53,810 nt of DNA. It comes from a virus. Taxonomy: Duplodnaviria; Caudoviricetes. Below the pieces are notes generated by a model. That model saw only the letters and a program-made list of their open reading frames with translations. It did no database searches and was not told the DNA's origin. This document shows positions 28,073 through 35,933 of this stretch, piece after piece. Where the stretch lies: IMG/VR virus record IMGVR_UViG_3300045284_000262, positions 1 through 53,810 of that record. The stretch is one strand, 5' to 3'. Within the stretch, counting starts at the first letter, position 1, and each line of letters starts with the position of its first letter. Position numbers and translations under genes: made by a program.

Positions 28073-28286
28073 CGGTAAGTTTGTTGATTTGTTTCTGCTG
28101 AATCTGGACGATCTTGTGCAATTCCTTGACTGCATCAAATACGTTCCCAATGGTTCTGTGAATCGTCCGGAAAGCGTCCAAGGTTAATTGCCACTGGCAG
28201 TCCTGAGTGTGGTCACCCGGATAAGGGCAACCACACCCCGGACAAGGATCACCAGGGTTCTTCTGCTGCAATGTCCCCGCTGGCAT
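28053..28286 (-). CDS. Small Zn-finger/coiled-coil protein
   Basis: CPGCG...H...C followed by heptads; ATG 28286. Confidence 0.55.
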   Translation of the reverse strand: MPAGTLQQKNPGDPCPGCGCPYPGDHTQDCQWQLTLDAFRTIHRTIGNVFDAVKELHKIVQIQQKQINKLTDERRRN

Positions 28287-28506
28287 CGGTCTTTGGTGCT
28301 TTCTTCCTTGCTGCTGGTTTGTAGTATTTTGCGTTTCCGAGAATCGGCATCTTGTCGCCTTTCTCGCCTCTCTGCTTGACCAGGTAATCCCCGTAGTCAC
28401 TGTCCGGGGTTTCATACAGGACTAGGTCAAGGTATCTGCCCTGCTTCCCCGTGGTAAAGCGTTTCTTGTCCACCTTATCCACGTTGACGTTTAAGCTGAT
28501 GGGCAT
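28249..28506 (-). CDS. Small putative ssDNA-binding protein
   Basis: GKQGRYLDL..YG...KQ..PILGN core with acidic tail ending in an aromatic residue (EEPW); TAATG coupling. Confidence 0.55.
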   Translation of the reverse strand: MPISLNVNVDKVDKKRFTTGKQGRYLDLVLYETPDSDYGDYLVKQRGEKGDKMPILGNAKYYKPAARKKAPKTDASGDIAAEEPW

Positions 28507-28865
28507 TACCAGTTTTCCCCTTCCGGTGGCGTCGGGGTGGTTCCACCCTTGGCTGATTTGATGCTGACCCGAATGGATTCCACCATCTCGCCCTGAAACT
28601 CCACTTCCGCCCGGAACAAACGAATTTGCTTTCCGATCCATTCGTCCATGTTGCGGCTCCCGGTGACCTTGGCGATTGAATTGGCATTGGTCTTGTTGCA
28701 GACAAATGCCTTGTCCAATTCCTCAAAGGTGATTACGGGCTTGTTCTGCTTTTCCTTCCCGACTTCCTGCATTTCAATCTTCTCGATTGTCACAGTGGTC
28801 GTGCCATCTTCCGGAAGGTCGCTGGCTTTGATGTATTTGCTTGGGAATGCGTCGTCTAGGTTCAT
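28506..28865 (-). CDS. Putative single-stranded DNA-binding protein (OB-like)
   Basis: FPSKYIKASDL..KPVI.F..NKTN..I..W.GK.I.L motif; next to the exonuclease cluster. Confidence 0.6.
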   Translation of the reverse strand: MNLDDAFPSKYIKASDLPEDGTTTVTIEKIEMQEVGKEKQNKPVITFEELDKAFVCNKTNANSIAKVTGSRNMDEWIGKQIRLFRAEVEFQGEMVESIRVSIKSAKGGTTPTPPEGENW

Positions 28866-29056
28866 GTTAATAGGTCTTGTTCTATTGGTTTGGTTTTGGT
28901 TGTTGGTTTGTTCCGCAGACTGTAAAATTCATCGACTAGCTTCTGCCTGTAATGACAGAGGGCATCCCTGATTATGGAATTACCATCTGTCGGATACGTT
29001 GACAGGAGACTGTCGATTTTCTCCACGGTCTGCGAAATCTTTGCTGTTCTTCTCAT
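28862..29056 (-). CDS. Hypothetical protein
   Basis: 64 aa, directly downstream of a sigma70-like promoter. Confidence 0.6.
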   Translation of the reverse strand: MRRTAKISQTVEKIDSLLSTYPTDGNSIIRDALCHYRQKLVDEFYSLRNKPTTKTKPIEQDLLT

Positions 29057-29067
29057 AGGGTATTTGT

Positions 29068-29095
29068 ATTCTAAGCGGCTTGGGATTTAGGTCAA
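29068..29095 (-). promoter_or_regulatory. Sigma70-like promoter with AAGCCGCTT palindrome
   Basis: TTGACC-16nt-TAGAAT; palindrome at 29073-29081. Confidence 0.7.
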
Positions 29096-29313
29096 GGGAT
29101 AAATTCAATTTCCCAACGATTATCCCTGATCTGTTTTACTCTCGGTTGTACGGATGAAATGATGACCGTCCACTTGGGTTTCAGGGTCATGTTACTGGAT
29201 GGATTGTGCGAGTTTACCTGTAGCCAAGGCAGCTCTCCCTGCGCCAGCATGAATCCGGCGCGGAACATCAGCGCGATGAACAGGCAACCGAGTGAAGTTT
29301 TAAGCGTGTTCAT
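29092..29313 (-). CDS. Small membrane/secreted protein
   Basis: Hydrophobic N-terminus; ATGA overlap. Confidence 0.5.
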   Translation of the reverse strand: MNTLKTSLGCLFIALMFRAGFMLAQGELPWLQVNSHNPSSNMTLKPKWTVIISSVQPRVKQIRDNRWEIEFIP

Positions 29314-29600
29314 AGTGATTTAAGGTGCGCGTATAATTCCCGCTCCAAGGTTGGCCGCATGTTGCGAAGAACGAGCCTGGCAATGCTGCTCTCCCCGCTC
29401 CTGTAGTCCCCAAGGCGAACCCCGGCCTTTCTCAGCCGGTAGGTGACTTTGCCTTTGGTCAGCCCGGTTTTGGCTGATATGGCAGCCGCAGATTGTCCGA
29501 GTGACCCCATGAGGGCTGCCTCGAAATCTTCTTTGTAGATGTAGAAGTCCACCTTCCGCGCCTTTTGCCGCACGTTGGCTTCCATGAATGTCTGTTTCAT
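29310..29600 (-). CDS. Helix-turn-helix DNA-binding protein
   Basis: GQSAAAISAKTGLTKGKVTYRL HTH pattern; ATG 29600 in ATGA overlap. Confidence 0.65.
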   Translation of the reverse strand: MKQTFMEANVRQKARKVDFYIYKEDFEAALMGSLGQSAAAISAKTGLTKGKVTYRLRKAGVRLGDYRSGESSIARLVLRNMRPTLERELYAHLKSL

Positions 29601-30058
29601 GAGTGATTGTCTCCGAAGGCAATGGCCGCAGCGACGACCTTGATGTTGCAACCGCAGCGAGGGCAGTAGGTCACTAACCCCGGGGTTGGCGTTGGAGCCG
29701 CAGCAATGGGAGCCAGGGTTTTGTGCTTTTGCTGTGGCGTCCGTGGCATCCGTGGCGTTTCCTTGAGTGCTGCTGGTCTGACCTTCATGCCGCGAGCCAA
29801 TCGCCATTTACGGTTGTATTCCCGCTTTTTGGCGAGCATCTGTGCTCGGCTTTGCTTGCCAAAATTGTGGGAAGTGTCCCACCCACGGTTCTGGTGTTTA
29901 CGAATGTCGTGCATCCGGAGCGCGGTATCGTTCTTGAATACCTTCTCGCACTTCGGGCATTGGGAAGCCATAGGTAGCTTTTGTGCTATTGCTATGCTCT
30001 CTGCCGTGGTGTGCTGTTCGTTGAATAGGTCTGCTGCATCTGGTTCGGTGTTTTCCAT
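29597..30058 (-). CDS. C2H2 zinc-finger protein
   Basis: CPKCEKVFKNDTALRMHDIRKH = C-x2-C-x3-F-x5-L-x2-H-x4-H; basic helix; C-terminal YCPRCG. Confidence 0.75.
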   Translation of the reverse strand: MENTEPDAADLFNEQHTTAESIAIAQKLPMASQCPKCEKVFKNDTALRMHDIRKHQNRGWDTSHNFGKQSRAQMLAKKREYNRKWRLARGMKVRPAALKETPRMPRTPQQKHKTLAPIAAAPTPTPGLVTYCPRCGCNIKVVAAAIAFGDNHS

Positions 30059-30064
30059 AGGTGT

Positions 30065-30232
30065 TTAGTAGTCTGGTAATATGTTGTTTATCTGGTCATC
30101 TGTGGGGTCGGGGATAAAGTCCGGGTCAGCCCAAGAGACATGCTGTGTTGCGCCCGTCTCCGGGTCGGTTAGTTCTACAACGTTAAGGTTGTCCCCAACG
30201 TTGTAGAGTCTGCCTTTGTAGATGGCTTTCAC
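30065..30232 (-). CDS. Hypothetical protein
   Basis: GTG 30232 in GTGA overlap. Confidence 0.55.
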   Translation of the reverse strand: MKAIYKGRLYNVGDNLNVVELTDPETGATQHVSWADPDFIPDPTDDQINNILPDY

Positions 30233-30444
30233 TTGGCATCTTCCTTTCTGCAATAGCCACTCACGCGAGGGCAGAAACAACGGTCATGGTTGGCCAGACC
30301 GGCAATGTCGTGCGTCAATGTCGTGAGAATAATCTCAGGCTTTGTTCCTTCCCGGAACGAGTGCCGCAGGTAAGCATGGGCATCCTGAATGAATGCCCTT
30401 AAGTCTTTCAATTCGTTTTCAGTATCGGTGTTTATGGTTGTCAT
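30229..30444 (-). CDS. Hypothetical protein
   Basis: ATG 30444; tightly packed. Confidence 0.55.
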   Translation of the reverse strand: MTTINTDTENELKDLRAFIQDAHAYLRHSFREGTKPEIILTTLTHDIAGLANHDRCFCPRVSGYCRKEDAK

Positions 30445-30452
30445 ATGTTTGG

Positions 30453-30701
30453 TTATAGGTTGATTTCTTTTAAGTCGAGCCACTCCTGTGCCAGTTTGCC
30501 AACGTCTGTGGCTAGGTCACCGGACGGAAACTCGCACTTCATTTGCTTGCAGACGATTGTGCCTTTGTTGCGTCCACCTTCAAAGACCCGGACATCGAAC
30601 ACTTCGATGCTCAAGTCCGGGGTTGGTAATGGTTTTCGGGTTGTGGGAGAAATTTTTCTCTCTCTTGGCTTGAGTTTGAGATACTTACTGGCCGCACTCA
30701 C
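30453..30701 (-). CDS. Hypothetical protein
   Basis: GTG 30701 in GTGA overlap. Confidence 0.5.
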   Translation of the reverse strand: MSAASKYLKLKPRERKISPTTRKPLPTPDLSIEVFDVRVFEGGRNKGTIVCKQMKCEFPSGDLATDVGKLAQEWLDLKEINL

Positions 30702-31630
30702 TTCGTTGTTCCTTTGCTTTGTTCTTCCAGCCAATCCACTAATGCGGGAATGACTGAAATTGGGAATTGAATGCAGCAGTTGCCCACACCGCGCTTTCCT
30801 ATTGGCGAGAGCATTATGTTGTCGTTTGCGCGCATTGCTTCCAATGCGTAGCCCGTGAATGTCCCATTGCGGCCCGTCCAGATTGGTTGTTTGGACATGG
30901 CGGTAAGGTTTGTCGGGTCTGGCTTTGGAAATGGAATTTTGAGAACCCCTGCACCCGAAGGAGTAGGTGCAGGGGATTTCTCCCTCTCTGCCTTTGCAGC
31001 GGAACTAACGCCACTGTCCGGCGAGATTGTTTTTGCCCGTTGGGGCATGCAGTCATTACAGGTGGTAACGTCTGCGGGGTATTGGGTAATGTCGTAATTA
31101 CATACCGCGCAATTGCGTAGCGGTAACGGTTTAGGTGTCGGCGGGATGCAATCGGGTATCTTGATTGGGAGCGGTTTAGGTAAGGCGATTTCTGGTGTCT
31201 CAACCCATTTGCCTGTGGCCTTAAGCAATGCCTTGTAACTGCCCTTGCCATGTACTTCCTCGTAACTGGTTTGGTTCCACGTTGGTTTGGATTTGTGCAA
31301 GTATTCAGCAACGTCAGGTGTATATGGAACACCATGCGGGGTTGCTGGTGGTAAAGTGACCCTGCCGCTCTCCGGTTTGTCCGGACTTGGAGAACGCTTC
31401 ACTCCCTCACTGGTCTGCACGTTCCGCGCGGTCGGTGCAGGGTGAGAATCATTGCTCGGAGCCACTGATGGACTCACAGGGAAAGGTTTTTCCGAAGGTC
31501 GCCTGACTTCGGCATATTTGGTGAACATGATTTGCAGCCCGTAATCGTTCTCGGGTACTGGTTTCCATGTTCCGTTGTTTTTGTATTCGTCGCCTTTTTG
31601 AAGGATGCGGTTTTTAGTTAGTATGTTCAT
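30698..31630 (-). CDS. Hypothetical Pro-rich protein with CxxC..CxxC
   Basis: 310-aa ATG ORF; CAVC...CNDC. Confidence 0.65.
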   Translation of the reverse strand: MNILTKNRILQKGDEYKNNGTWKPVPENDYGLQIMFTKYAEVRRPSEKPFPVSPSVAPSNDSHPAPTARNVQTSEGVKRSPSPDKPESGRVTLPPATPHGVPYTPDVAEYLHKSKPTWNQTSYEEVHGKGSYKALLKATGKWVETPEIALPKPLPIKIPDCIPPTPKPLPLRNCAVCNYDITQYPADVTTCNDCMPQRAKTISPDSGVSSAAKAEREKSPAPTPSGAGVLKIPFPKPDPTNLTAMSKQPIWTGRNGTFTGYALEAMRANDNIMLSPIGKRGVGNCCIQFPISVIPALVDWLEEQSKGTTK

Positions 31631-31805
31631 TGTGTTTTGGTTTTGGTTGGAGTTGGGTGTTCAGAAATTCGATCAGGTATTTGGCATAACAGACAAGGAC
31701 GGTTTGCCCCTCAAACTGAAACTCCTCATGGTTCTCCATGCGCGCCTTGTCGTATTTTGCCTGTAGCTCATTGAGCTTTGCTCTGGTAAAGAAAACGGTT
31801 TTCAT
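31614..31805 (-). CDS. Hypothetical protein
   Basis: FQFEGQ..LV.YAKYLIEFL motif; ATGA overlap. Confidence 0.65.
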   Translation of the reverse strand: MKTVFFTRAKLNELQAKYDKARMENHEEFQFEGQTVLVCYAKYLIEFLNTQLQPKPKHNEHTN

Positions 31806-32020
31806 TTGACCTTTCCACCGTTGACTCCGCATTTGCCTTTGATGTAGTCAATCCAACGCTCGGTGTTAAAAGCAGGGTTGCTCTCATGGCAAGCACCCGC
31901 GATTTCGATAATGTCTCGTTCCCACTGTTTGTGTTCCCCGGAGCGAAATTCCGTATCGGTAAGCTGTGGTTCTGCCCGGCGCATTGCGTCGGCTAATGCT
32001 ATGAAATGTTTCTTTGTCAT
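31802..32020 (-). CDS. Hypothetical protein (MTKKHFIALA...NPAFN..R type)
   Basis: 72-aa ORF directly after a promoter. Confidence 0.7.
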   Translation of the reverse strand: MTKKHFIALADAMRRAEPQLTDTEFRSGEHKQWERDIIEIAGACHESNPAFNTERWIDYIKGKCGVNGGKVK

Positions 32021-32026
32021 GTTAGG

Positions 32027-32054
32027 ATTCTAAGCTGCTTGGAATAGGACGCAA
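32027..32054 (-). promoter_or_regulatory. Sigma70-like promoter with AAGCAGCTT palindrome (probably leaderless)
   Basis: TTGCGT-16nt-TAGAAT; palindrome at 32032-32040; ATG 6 nt after the -10. Confidence 0.7.
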
Positions 32055-32078
32055 GAATTATTTTCATCTTTTTGTAAA

Positions 32079-32246
32079 TTATTTTTCAAGGGGTTTCGGG
32101 ATTGGGAAATGCTTTCTCCATCGTGCTAGTGCTGCCTCTCTGTTGAGGCGTGGACGGTCTGGATGCTGTGCGCTTTTCTTTCCGCCTATGCTTCCGATCT
32201 TGCGAAGAAAATCCTTTACGTTGTCTGGTACGGGTGATTTACTCAT
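32079..32246 (-). CDS. Small basic protein (GS.GGKK...AA.ARW type)
   Basis: ATG 32246; FLRKIGSIGGKKS..R..NREAALARW. Confidence 0.6.
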   Translation of the reverse strand: MSKSPVPDNVKDFLRKIGSIGGKKSAQHPDRPRLNREAALARWRKHFPIPKPLEK

Positions 32247-32284
32247 GTTGTGAAGCAGCTTCGGAGATATGCAATCATTGTCAA

Positions 32285-32460
32285 CATGTTTTGTGCTAGT
32301 GGTGTTGTGTAACACGGGATGAGTGGTCATGTTTTGTGCTAGTGGGGTTGTGTGCCGGGGGCGATCCCTGGGACGCGCACCGGGCTGCGGCGGGCTGGGC
32401 TGCCCGGCTGCCCGGAGCACCGGCTGCCCGGTCGTGCAACCGGCTGCCACAGCACCGGGG
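32285..32460. repeat. 26-bp direct repeat pair plus CCGGCTGCC repeats in the divergent intergenic region
   Basis: CATGTTTTGTGCTAGTGG(T/G)GTTGTGT at 32285-32310 and 32328-32353; CCGGCTGCC at 32404, 32420 and 32440. Confidence 0.8.
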
Positions 32461-32592
32461 CAATGTGTCTCAATACGTTCATATGCCCATATAAAGCAGG
32501 TCGCATGCCAACCAGCATCGCATAGGGTCACCGTGGCGCAAGTTTATTTTACAAAAGCTGCTCATTTCTTCGGAGAAAATGAAACCCGCCGC

Positions 32593-32620
32593 TTGACCTT
32601 TCCAAGCAGCTTTGTATAGT
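32593..32620 (+). promoter_or_regulatory. Sigma70-like promoter with AAGCAGCTT palindrome
   Basis: TTGACC-16nt-TATAGT; palindrome at 32604-32612; ATG 32627 6 nt after the -10. Confidence 0.75.
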
Positions 32621-32626
32621 CAATCA

Positions 32627-32890
32627 ATGTTAAATACACCGAACAATACTGAGGGCAGTTGCATGCCAGAAATGCAGCAATACAACGGCTTCAAACATTG
32701 CTACGCGTCCGACCTTCCGTTGGATTTGCCGCTTGAGCATTACGCTAAGCAATTGCCAAGCAAGAACGTTTATTATGATGGCGATTCAATTAACATCGGC
32801 GGTCACCGATACGTGATTGCTCAGACTGTTACAGGCTACACGCTACTCGACGCTGCCGCGCCGGGATGGATGCCATCTGACTTAGACTAA
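32627..32890 (+). CDS. Hypothetical protein, first gene of the AAA/vWA operon
   Basis: ORF after the promoter; start 32627 or 32663. Confidence 0.6.
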   Translation: MLNTPNNTEGSCMPEMQQYNGFKHCYASDLPLDLPLEHYAKQLPSKNVYYDGDSINIGGHRYVIAQTVTGYTLLDAAAPGWMPSDLD

Positions 32891-32921
32891 CAAACCCAAC
32901 CAAACCCAAACCAAACCTAAT

Positions 32922-33662
32922 ATGAACCCAAATCAAACAACGTTAAAAATTACCGACTGGCCGGGCATTCTGGCCATGCTCAACGCTCTAGTTAATCCTC
33001 CGCGCCGATGGCTGCTCCACGGCAAGCCAGGCACGGGAAAAACAACCGCTGCGTGTTCCTTTTCTCCGGAATACGAGCGGGTGACTCTTAACCAGTCTCA
33101 ATTCGCAGATGCGCTATTCGGGAAATTCCTGCTCCGGGATGGCTCAACCCACTGGTCGAATGCTTGCGCCACCCGTGCTGCTCTCAAAGGTTGCCCGTTG
33201 GTGCTGGATGAGATTCACAAGGCAGGCGGCGAATTAGATGCCCCGCTTCAGTCCGTGCTCGATGATGCGGCCATCTGCCGTCTCAATCTGGACAACGGTG
33301 AGACGGTCGAACCTGCGCCCGGCTACCGGGTGATTGCGACAATGAACGGAAGCCCCGACCAATTGGCCGAGGCTGTTCTTGATCGCTTTGACATTGTGCT
33401 GCGTTGCGACACTCCCCACTCCGGCATTCTGCGCCGCTTGTCGCCTGAGTGCGCGGCTTTCATTCTGAACAAAATGGCGAATGAGCCGAACACGGACGAT
33501 TGGGCACCGTCGATCACTCCGCGCCGGATGATTAGTTTCGAGCACCTCCGGGCTGAGGGTGTGGACGATCAATTGGCGGCTGAATTGGTATTCGGCGAGG
33601 GGCAAGGCAAGACAATTCTAATGGCGTTAATCGACGCCGCGCGGAACGGTCTAAAGGCTTAA
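32922..33662 (+). CDS. MoxR/CbbQ-type (AAA_5) AAA+ ATPase
   Basis: Walker A GKPGTGKT, Walker B LVLDEI, sensor-1 IATMN, Arg finger AVLDRF. Confidence 0.9.
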   Translation: MNPNQTTLKITDWPGILAMLNALVNPPRRWLLHGKPGTGKTTAACSFSPEYERVTLNQSQFADALFGKFLLRDGSTHWSNACATRAALKGCPLVLDEIHKAGGELDAPLQSVLDDAAICRLNLDNGETVEPAPGYRVIATMNGSPDQLAEAVLDRFDIVLRCDTPHSGILRRLSPECAAFILNKMANEPNTDDWAPSITPRRMISFEHLRAEGVDDQLAAELVFGEGQGKTILMALIDAARNGLKA

Positions 33663-33667
33663 GCAAT

Positions 33668-35029
33668 ATGAGAAAACCCAACCGCAAAACCGTGCGCGAT
33701 GCAATCCGCGCCTCCGTCCCTGATGGCAAGCTGAAAGGCGCAAAGATCGTCCTAGCTGATCGTCCCGAGCAAACCGGGCAGATTGGCGGGTTCACGCAGT
33801 ACGACGAGAAGAACCGTCGAGATGTAGTCAAGCTAGGCGCGCCGATTGGCGACAATGCCAAAGGCGTCACCATCCGTGGACATGAAACCCGGCACGCAAC
33901 CCGGCACACGCCGCGCCGAAAAAAGCCTCTGACAGAAAACGAGGCTATTGCCGCTCAAATCGTGGATGACGTGAACATTGAAAGCACCATGCTTCCGAGC
34001 ACGGCAACGCCCGGCATGATGCGGATTTATCAACGGGCGCACCTTGCAACCGCGATGGACGGAGTGAGGACGTTGAAGAAAAACGTTCGTGCAGTCCGAA
34101 CAGGGAAGGCGAAAGATTCGCCCGAATTGCGGAACGGGCAATTGCTCAACGCGGTTCGCACGGTGGCGATGCTCAAACATTACGGCACCGGGGCTGATAT
34201 TAAAAGCGAGTTTACGGCGCGCCGGGGTCGTCGCCACGTTCGTCATCTGATGGGTGACAAGCTAAGCCGGGCGATTGCAACCGTGGTCAATCTGGCCAAA
34301 GTCCGGTCAAGGCGCGCGAGGGCAATTTCGGTGCTCGTTGCGCTATTGGAAAGTCCGGAGCAGGAATGGCAAGACGAAGAACCGACCGGACGCAAGCCCG
34401 GCGACATTCTGCCCCCGGTCGAGGCTGGGGATGCGCTCGATGGGAAAATGGAATTGCGCGACTTGCGACCAAAGACCGTTTCCTGCGACAAGCAAAAGTC
34501 AATCAATCGGCGGTTCGCGCCCAACGGCTCAATCATTAACCCGCTTCGCTTCTTGGCTGCGGTAATCAATGGCGACAGCAACGGTTTATTCCGTCAACGC
34601 ATTCGCAATAAACCGGGCGGCTGCGTGGTGATAGATGCGTCCGGTTCGATGGGTGCGAGTCGTGCAAACCTCAGCGCGCTTTGCGCTTTGGTGCCGACTG
34701 CGACGGTTGGGTATTATTCCGGGCATTCCAACGGGCGCGGGGTGCTGGCGATTTATGCCAGCAACGGGAAGCGGTTCGCAGGTGAGTTGCCCTGTGACAC
34801 GCTGCTCGGCGGGAATGCCGTTGATCTCCCGGCGGTCAAGTGGCTGATGTCGCATTCTAAACCGTGGACGCTTGTCTCGGATTTGGAATTTTGCGGTGGC
34901 GTGCTGGGGTCTGAGATAGTGGCGCATGCGATTGTCGAACGGGCGACCAATCGCGGCGACTTGACCGTCCATCGTTCGCTCGATGCTGCCTTTGAAGCAT
35001 TCGGCGGAAAGGGCAATCTCCCGGAATAA
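33668..35029 (+). CDS. vWA-domain protein with N-terminal HExxH (metallopeptidase-like)
   Basis: MIDAS VIDASGSM, GGN, VSD; HETRH; adjacent to a MoxR-type ATPase. Confidence 0.8.
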   Translation: MRKPNRKTVRDAIRASVPDGKLKGAKIVLADRPEQTGQIGGFTQYDEKNRRDVVKLGAPIGDNAKGVTIRGHETRHATRHTPRRKKPLTENEAIAAQIVDDVNIESTMLPSTATPGMMRIYQRAHLATAMDGVRTLKKNVRAVRTGKAKDSPELRNGQLLNAVRTVAMLKHYGTGADIKSEFTARRGRRHVRHLMGDKLSRAIATVVNLAKVRSRRARAISVLVALLESPEQEWQDEEPTGRKPGDILPPVEAGDALDGKMELRDLRPKTVSCDKQKSINRRFAPNGSIINPLRFLAAVINGDSNGLFRQRIRNKPGGCVVIDASGSMGASRANLSALCALVPTATVGYYSGHSNGRGVLAIYASNGKRFAGELPCDTLLGGNAVDLPAVKWLMSHSKPWTLVSDLEFCGGVLGSEIVAHAIVERATNRGDLTVHRSLDAAFEAFGGKGNLPE

Positions 35030-35055
35030 GCCCGGACTAAACAGTAAACCAGATT

Positions 35056-35089
35056 AGCCCCGTGTTCGTAACTGAGCACGGGGCTTTCT
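35056..35089 (+). terminator. Rho-independent terminator
   Basis: AGCCCCGTG...CACGGGGCT stem followed by TTCT, just after the vWA stop. Confidence 0.75.
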
Positions 35090-35411
35090 GCTGTACTGGT
35101 CACAGCTTGGCAATCTGTTCAGAGCACAACCAACCCGCAATCGTAACCAAAATACGCATGCGTCGATACGGGTTCCGACGTCTAAGGCTGCGCTGTCCGG
35201 GCTTTGTTTGAGCATGCTTAATTTTAGACCTGAATAGGCTTACCGTCGCCGCCGGAGACCACCTAGCATGCTTTTTGGGCATTCTGGGCTGGGGGGGTAG
35301 GGGGGGAACGTTTCCCAGACAAATTTTAATGGGTGCAAAACCAAGGGCTACGCCTCGTAAAATTAAAAATACCTTGAAACCCCAGGGGTTAAGGTATAAG
35401 TACTGAAACTC

Positions 35412-35933
35412 ATGGCTGGAAAGGCACGGGTAGGCAAGGAACTTGATGCTTTGAAAGCACTTGTGACTGTTTACGGCCCCAGGGAAGCAGCTCGTCTGGC
35501 TGGGATACCTTATGGGACGATGGCGTCTTATGCTTTCAAGTATTCCTGGAAGAAGCATGCTTTTAAGCAGCCTAAGAGCATTCATGAGGATGCTGTTACC
35601 GGGAAGGACGCTGGGGACGTCATGGCTGAGGCTCTTGAGAGGCACAGGTCGGATTCCACCTTAAACCTGGCTCGGTATGTTGACAAGGCGGCCAGAAAGG
35701 CTGCGGAGCATGGTGATCCTTTGGAAGTGGCCCGCAAAGTGCGCGATGTGGCTGGGGTTCATCAGATTATCTTTCCCCAGGAGGAGGATGGCGGTCTTAT
35801 TGAAGGTGCGCTCCTCATAGGCACTGAAAAGCCTACCATTAACCATGCTGAGATCGAGGCGGCAAAGGCGACTACCGTGGAAACCATAGATGTACGGGCT
35901 GAACTTCAGGACAACCGACCAGGCGGCGATTGA
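35412..35933 (+). CDS. terS: Terminase small subunit (putative)
   Basis: N-terminal HTH (GPREAARLAGIPYGTM...W); overlaps the terL start. Confidence 0.65.
   Translation: MAGKARVGKELDALKALVTVYGPREAARLAGIPYGTMASYAFKYSWKKHAFKQPKSIHEDAVTGKDAGDVMAEALERHRSDSTLNLARYVDKAARKAAEHGDPLEVARKVRDVAGVHQIIFPQEEDGGLIEGALLIGTEKPTINHAEIEAAKATTVETIDVRAELQDNRPGGD

Noticed and set aside
32285-32353. Direct repeats as a mini-CRISPR array
   Set aside because: Only two copies with a 17-nt spacer, and no cas operon
35100-35645. 181-aa - strand ORF
   Set aside because: Overlaps terS antisense and the G-rich non-coding tract; no protein-like motifs
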